A stretch of DNA of 64,000 nucleotides from Eledone cirrhosa (lineage: Eukaryota): NCBI GenBank assembly GCA_964016885.1, contig OZ024755.1, positions 31,806,001 to 31,870,000 of the forward strand, written 5' to 3'. Numbering within the stretch: the first letter of the stretch is position 1; the number at the start of each line of letters is the position of its first letter. Below the pieces are notes generated by a model that was given only the letters and a program-made list of their open reading frames with translations, was not told the DNA's origin and made no database searches. Positions 1 through 64,000 of the stretch are shown here, piece by piece. A program made the position numbers and the translations under genes.

Positions 1-270
1 CTGTGAATACACACACACACACACACATCTGTGAATAGATACACAGTCACACAGTCACATCTCTGAATAGATACATACACACACATCTCTGAATATAGCT
101 ACACACTCACACACATCTGTGAATAGATACACACACACACACACACATCTCTGAATAGAGCTACACACACATGCACACACATCTCAGTATAGTCACACAC
201 ACACACACACATACACATCTCAATACACACACACACACACACATCTCAATATAGACACACACACATCGTC
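1..270. repeat. CA-rich micro/minisatellite
   Basis: (CA)n runs interrupted by atctctgaatag. Confidence 0.85.
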
Positions 271-319
271 AGAATATAGTTACATATAGATAGATGTCTG
301 ATATAAGACAACACTACCA

Positions 320-1190
320 TATATAAACTGTTATATTATATAAACTGTTATATTATATAAACTGTTACATTATATAAACTGTTATATTATATAAACTGTT
401 ATATAAACTGTTATATTATATAAACTGTTATATAAACTGTTATATTATATAAACTGCTATATTATATAAACTGTTATATTATATAAACTGCTATATTATA
501 TAAACTGTTATATTATATAAACAGTTATATTATATAAACTGTTATATTATATAAACTGTTATATTATATAAACTGCTATATTATATAAACTGTTATATTA
601 TATAAACTGCTATATTATATAAACTGCTATATTATATAAACTGTTATATTATATAAACTGTTATATTATATAAACTGTTATATTATATAAACTGCTATAT
701 TATATAAACTGTTATATTATATAAACTGCTATATTATATAAACTGCTATATTATATAAACTGTCATATTATATAAACTGTTATATTATATAAACTGTTAT
801 ATTATATAAACTGTTATATTATATAAACTGCTATATTATATAAACCGTTATATTATATAAACTGCTATATTATATAAACTGTTATATTATATAAACTGCT
901 ATATTATATAAACTGCTATATTATATAAACTGTTATATTATATAAACTGTTATATTATATAAACTGCTATATTATATAAACTGTTATATTATATAAACTG
1001 CTATATTATATAAACTGTTATATTATATAAACTGCTATATTATATAAACTGCTATATTATATAAACTGCTATATTATATAAACTGTTATATTATATAAAC
1101 TGTTATATTATATAAACTGCTATATTATATAAATTGTTATATTATATAAACTGTCATATTATATAAACTGCTATATTATATAAACTGTTA
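320..1190. repeat. 17-bp tandem repeat (ttatattatataaactg)
   Basis: About 50 near-identical copies ending about 70 bp upstream of the ATG. Confidence 0.95.
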
Positions 1191-1215
1191 CACTTAAATG
1201 TAACCTCTACAATTG

Positions 1216-1229
1216 GTTTCCATAGCAAC
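1216..1229 (+). promoter_or_regulatory. RFX X-box motif (GTTTCCATAGCAAC)
   Basis: Matches the X-box consensus GTNNCC-AT-RGNAAC, 30 nt upstream of the ATG. It could instead be a 5'UTR splice acceptor (tttccatag). Confidence 0.5.
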
Positions 1230-1259
1230 ATCTGAAAAGTACCAAATGCAATCGTAGCC

Positions 1260-62808
<61,549 letters not shown>

Positions 62809-62859
62809 TTTTTATTTAATCATTTTATCATATTTTAATTAAGGAAGACTTTTAAAACA

Positions 62860-63750
62860 CTGGTACCATGATAAAATACACCCAGTACATTCTGTAAAGT
62901 GGTAGTGTTGGTGTCATGATAAAATACACCCAGTACACTCAGTAAAGTGGTAGTGCTGGTGCCATGATAAAATACACCCAGTACACTCTGTAATGTGCTA
63001 GTGTTGGTGTCCTGATAGAATACACCCAATACACTCTGTAAAGTGGTAGTGCTGGTGTCATGATAGAATACACCCAATACACTCTGTAAAGTGGTAGTGT
63101 TGGTGTCATGATAAAATACACCCAGTACACTCTGTAAAGTGGTAGTGTTGGTGTCATGATAAAATACACCCAGTACACTCTGTAATGTGCTAGTGTTGGT
63201 GTCATGATAGAATACACCCAGTACACTCTGTAAAGTGGTGGTACTGGTACCATGATAAAATACACCCAGTACACTCTGTAAAGTGGTAGTGTTGGTGTCA
63301 TGATAAAATACACCCAGTACACTGTAAAGTGGTAGTGCTGGTGTCATGATAAAATACACCCAATACACTCTGTAAAGTGGTAGTGTTGGTGTCATGATAA
63401 AATACACCCAGTACACTCTGTAATGTGCTAGTGTTGGTGTCATGATAGAATACACCCAGTACACTCTGTAAAGTGGTGGTACTGGTACCATGATAAAATA
63501 CACCCAGTACACTCTGTAAAGTGGTAGTGCTGGTGTCATGATAAAATACACCCAGTACACTGTAAAGTGGTAGTGCTGGTGTCATGATAAAATACACCCT
63601 CTACATTCTGTAAAGTGGTAGTGCTGGTGTCATGATAAAATACACCCAGTACACTCTGTAAAGTTGTAGTGTTGGTGTCAATAAAATACACCAAGTACAC
63701 TCTGTAAAGTGGTTGGTGTTAAGAAGGGTATCCAGCTATAGAAACCAATG
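62860..63750 (+). repeat. 48-bp SINE-tail-derived minisatellite running into the SINE/RTE tail
   Basis: About 18 copies, then gtggttggtgttaagaagggtatccagctatagaaacc. Confidence 0.92.
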
Positions 63751-63849
63751 CTAAAATATGGAATATATGAGCAAGATGAATTCATTTCAAGCCATTTTGT
63801 CTCAGACTGAGACAAAATATCCTATCAGCATGGACTAAGTGTAACATGC

Positions 63850-64000
63850 TGCTGCTGATTATGATGATGTTGATGATGGTAATGATGATGAGGATGACGA
63901 TGATGGTGGTGGTGGTAGTGATGGTGGCAGTAGTGGTGGTGATGATTGTGGTGGTGGTGGTAGTGGTTGTGATGATGATGGTGGTGGTGGTGGTGATGGT
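63850..64000. repeat. (GAT/GGT)n low-complexity tract
   Basis: Seen directly. Confidence 0.9.

Overview
AT-rich, repeat-dense eukaryotic DNA. The SINE, RTE and MITE content looks like an octopod cephalopod (an inference from the repeats). One plus-strand gene spans almost the whole window: an NWD1/NWD2-like STAND NTPase (DUF4062-like N-terminal domain, NACHT with Walker A GSSGCGKT and Walker B LVLILDSLD, then WD40 repeats). By hand I reconstructed 27 GT-AG coding exons from 1260 to 62808 with matching splice phases at every junction (5409 nt, about 1802 aa). The protein starts with an MGCSSS acylation motif just downstream of a perfect RFX X-box. The introns hold tRNA-SINEs, RTE and R4/NeSL-type LINE fragments, a Tigger/pogo relic, foldback elements and many tandem arrays, including a 12.7 kb 31-bp satellite with higher-order structure. 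Several arrays are visibly amplified from transposon segments and form inverted pairs around exons. Most ORFs in the supplied track are repeat artefacts.
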